In this document: one piece after another, positions 61,110 to 64,000 of the stretch
Position numbering within the stretch: position 1 is the stretch's first letter
Layout: the number at the start of each line of letters is the position of its first letter
Translations under genes and position numbers: made by a program
Assembly (NCBI GenBank): GCA_963756875.1
Contig: CAVWPA010000002.1
Span: forward strand, 105,336-169,335
Length of the DNA stretch: 64,000 nucleotides
Origin: an uncultured Verrucomicrobiae bacterium
Lineage (GTDB): Bacteria; Verrucomicrobiota; Verrucomicrobiia; Chthoniobacterales; UBA10450
Direction of reading: 5' to 3'
Notes under the pieces: model-generated
Told to the model about the DNA's origin: nothing
The model's input: only the letters and a program-made list of their open reading frames with translations
The model's database searches: none

Positions 61110-61892
61110 TCACAGCAGCTCGACGACGTCCCCCTTGCGGATCATTCCTTCGACAAGGACAGCGGCGTAGACGCCGGCCTTGTTCTCGTGCGTTTGCGCG
61201 ACGGCTTTCAATATGGCCGGCGTTTTTTCGGCGGTGTCGGGATCGAGCGTGATCATCATGCAACGCGCGTCGCGCTGGAGAACGACGACGGTTACTTTTG
61301 AGCCGATGCGCAACGTGCGACCGACGAATTTGTCCTCCGCGAAACCTTCGGACGACGCGAGATCGACATAAACATTTGCGCGGAACCGACGCTTATCGAC
61401 GGTGGCGCCGGTTTCCTCGCCCAGTTTCTTCGCGGTTTGCACGGCGAAGATCGATAACGGACTGCAATCGGTGATCGCTTTGTCCGAACGAAGCAATGTG
61501 AGCTCGTGGTTTCCGTCGATGTTTAATCGCAAATGGTCGATCAACGCCGGGTCGTTAATCGCGAATGTTTTTCCGTCCGGCGTTTCGACATCGATGATCA
61601 AGTCGTTTGGGGCAGCGTAAAGAGGGGTAGCGTTATGTTTTTCAGCGTCGCGCAAATTGACCGGCCGCGCGGCTTTCTCCGGATTTCGGAAGCGCGCGCG
61701 GTAACGAATCATCTGACGTTGATCGCGCCCGGTGAAAAACGGGAAACCTTTTGGATTGGCCGAACTCATGAACGCAAAAAGGCGATCACCGTAAACTCCG
61801 GCGTAACCGGCGAACAGTTCCTGTAACTCTTCGCCGCGCATGCTTTTGACCGGATAACGCCAAAGGCTCTCGACTGTTCCGACGGTGCTCAT
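61110..61892 (-). CDS. MOSC domain protein
   Basis: LWRYPVKSMRGE, GDRLFA, RRFRANV, RCMMIT, GVYAAV. Confidence 0.92.
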   Translation of the reverse strand: MSTVGTVESLWRYPVKSMRGEELQELFAGYAGVYGDRLFAFMSSANPKGFPFFTGRDQRQMIRYRARFRNPEKAARPVNLRDAEKHNATPLYAAPNDLIIDVETPDGKTFAINDPALIDHLRLNIDGNHELTLLRSDKAITDCSPLSIFAVQTAKKLGEETGATVDKRRFRANVYVDLASSEGFAEDKFVGRTLRIGSKVTVVVLQRDARCMMITLDPDTAEKTPAILKAVAQTHENKAGVYAAVLVEGMIRKGDVVELL

Positions 61893-61906
61893 GGGGAGAA
61901 TTACAA

Positions 61907-61948
<42 letters not shown>

Positions 61949-62208
61949 TGGAACGATGGGAATTGCGACATAGAAGGGTCCGAGCTCTCCTCGCCACGGC
62001 GAGTTCGTCCCACGGCGAACACGGCGAGTCTTCGACCGGACTTGCGATTGCGGGCAGTGCGCGAGTTTCAAACGCTGCCTTATCTTTCTTGTATTCGCAA
62101 TTTTTTCGTCTCCGCTGAAAACCTTTGGAGCGGCAGATGATTTGCAATCAGCTGACGACGCTTACAAGGCAAACAGAGGGTACCTGTTCTGCTTATCGAC
62201 TTGCGGAT

Positions 62209-62676
62209 ATGCGCCGAAAACGAGCAATTTACTATACCGATCCCGAAAAGGTCGTCACTCTCGAGATTGACGTTCGCCCGGGCGACGCGGCTGCGGCCGG
62301 GCCGGCCAGGAGGGTTTTGCTCCTGGAAGATCGGGATGATTTCAGGGAAGTTCTCCGCGATCACCTGGTCTCCCGCCTTTTTCGGGTAACTTCGGTCCCG
62401 AGCGGCATCGAGGGCCTCCACGAGATCAGGAAGACCGCCTTCGATCTCATCATTTGCGACATGATGATGCCGCGGATGGGAGGCGAGATGTTTTACTGGG
62501 CGGTCACGCGGCTGCGGCCGGGCACTGCTCAGCGGTTCATTTTTTTTACCGGGCACCGAAACAATTCGGCGATCGAGTTTTTCTTTAAACGGGTGAACGC
62601 GACAGTGCTCAACAAACCGTTCAAGCTGTCGGCGCTCGACTCGGCGATCGATGATGTTTTTCGCAAGCTGATCTGA
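62209..62676 (+). CDS. Single-domain response regulator (receiver)
   Basis: VLLLEDR, FDLIICDMMMPRMGG, FFTG, KPF. Confidence 0.88.
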   Translation: MRRKRAIYYTDPEKVVTLEIDVRPGDAAAAGPARRVLLLEDRDDFREVLRDHLVSRLFRVTSVPSGIEGLHEIRKTAFDLIICDMMMPRMGGEMFYWAVTRLRPGTAQRFIFFTGHRNNSAIEFFFKRVNATVLNKPFKLSALDSAIDDVFRKLI

Positions 62677-63013
62677 ACAAAAAACATCCGCCTTCGTTGA
62701 CTACGGCGTGACAGGAACGCTGAAGAGCAGAGATCAGACGTCTCGCCACGGCGAGTAAACTGCGGTCGGAGGAAAGTCATGAATCCTACACGTTCACTTT
62801 CACTTACTCTGACACTCTGACTTTTTGCACCCTTCTGCAGAGGTGTAGGGGCAGGTGCAAGTGAAAGAGCAGGATTAAGGTCGAAAAGTTTTCGGCGAGG
62901 GCGCCGAAGACGACACGCGAGGGCGTCCACCACGGCGGGAAGGCAGTGTGCTCCCCTGAAATCTGAAATCAGAAATCAGGCAGACGATGGCTTGATGGAA
63001 GAAATGTCAGAGA

Positions 63014-64000
<987 letters not shown>

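Overview
Bacterial, GC-rich chromosomal window. The gene content and repeat style suggest a soil Verrucomicrobiota (Chthoniobacterales/Udaeobacter-like) genome; this is an inference. Positions 1 to about 49.8 kb are mostly housekeeping: tRNA-Ser, a SplB-like radical SAM gene with a LexA-like box, egtBD plus an ABC transporter, tatA, glnB-glnA, dnaE, ald, rnpA-yidD-yidC-jag, tamB-bamA/tamA, an M13 peptidase, and a TPP riboswitch ahead of thiC. This part is saturated with several families of short palindromic (REP-like) and heptamer repeats, and carries one REP-associated tyrosine transposase (RAYT). Several of these repeats sit in-frame inside proteins (DnaE, ThiC, EgtB, the radical SAM protein and the ABC permease) or supply stop codons. 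After a duplicated thiC 3' tail, an accessory region begins (about 50-62.7 kb). It is punctuated by eight 23-26-bp GGGGTC-type terminal inverted repeats that bracket transposase-free cargo genes, and it includes an AT-richer pentapeptide-repeat/nucleotidyltransferase/small-protein trio that looks defence-like. The window ends in a partial katG. Several scattered 1-2 bp frameshifts, including in core genes, may be assembly errors. All product calls come from motif recognition by eye, not from database searches.
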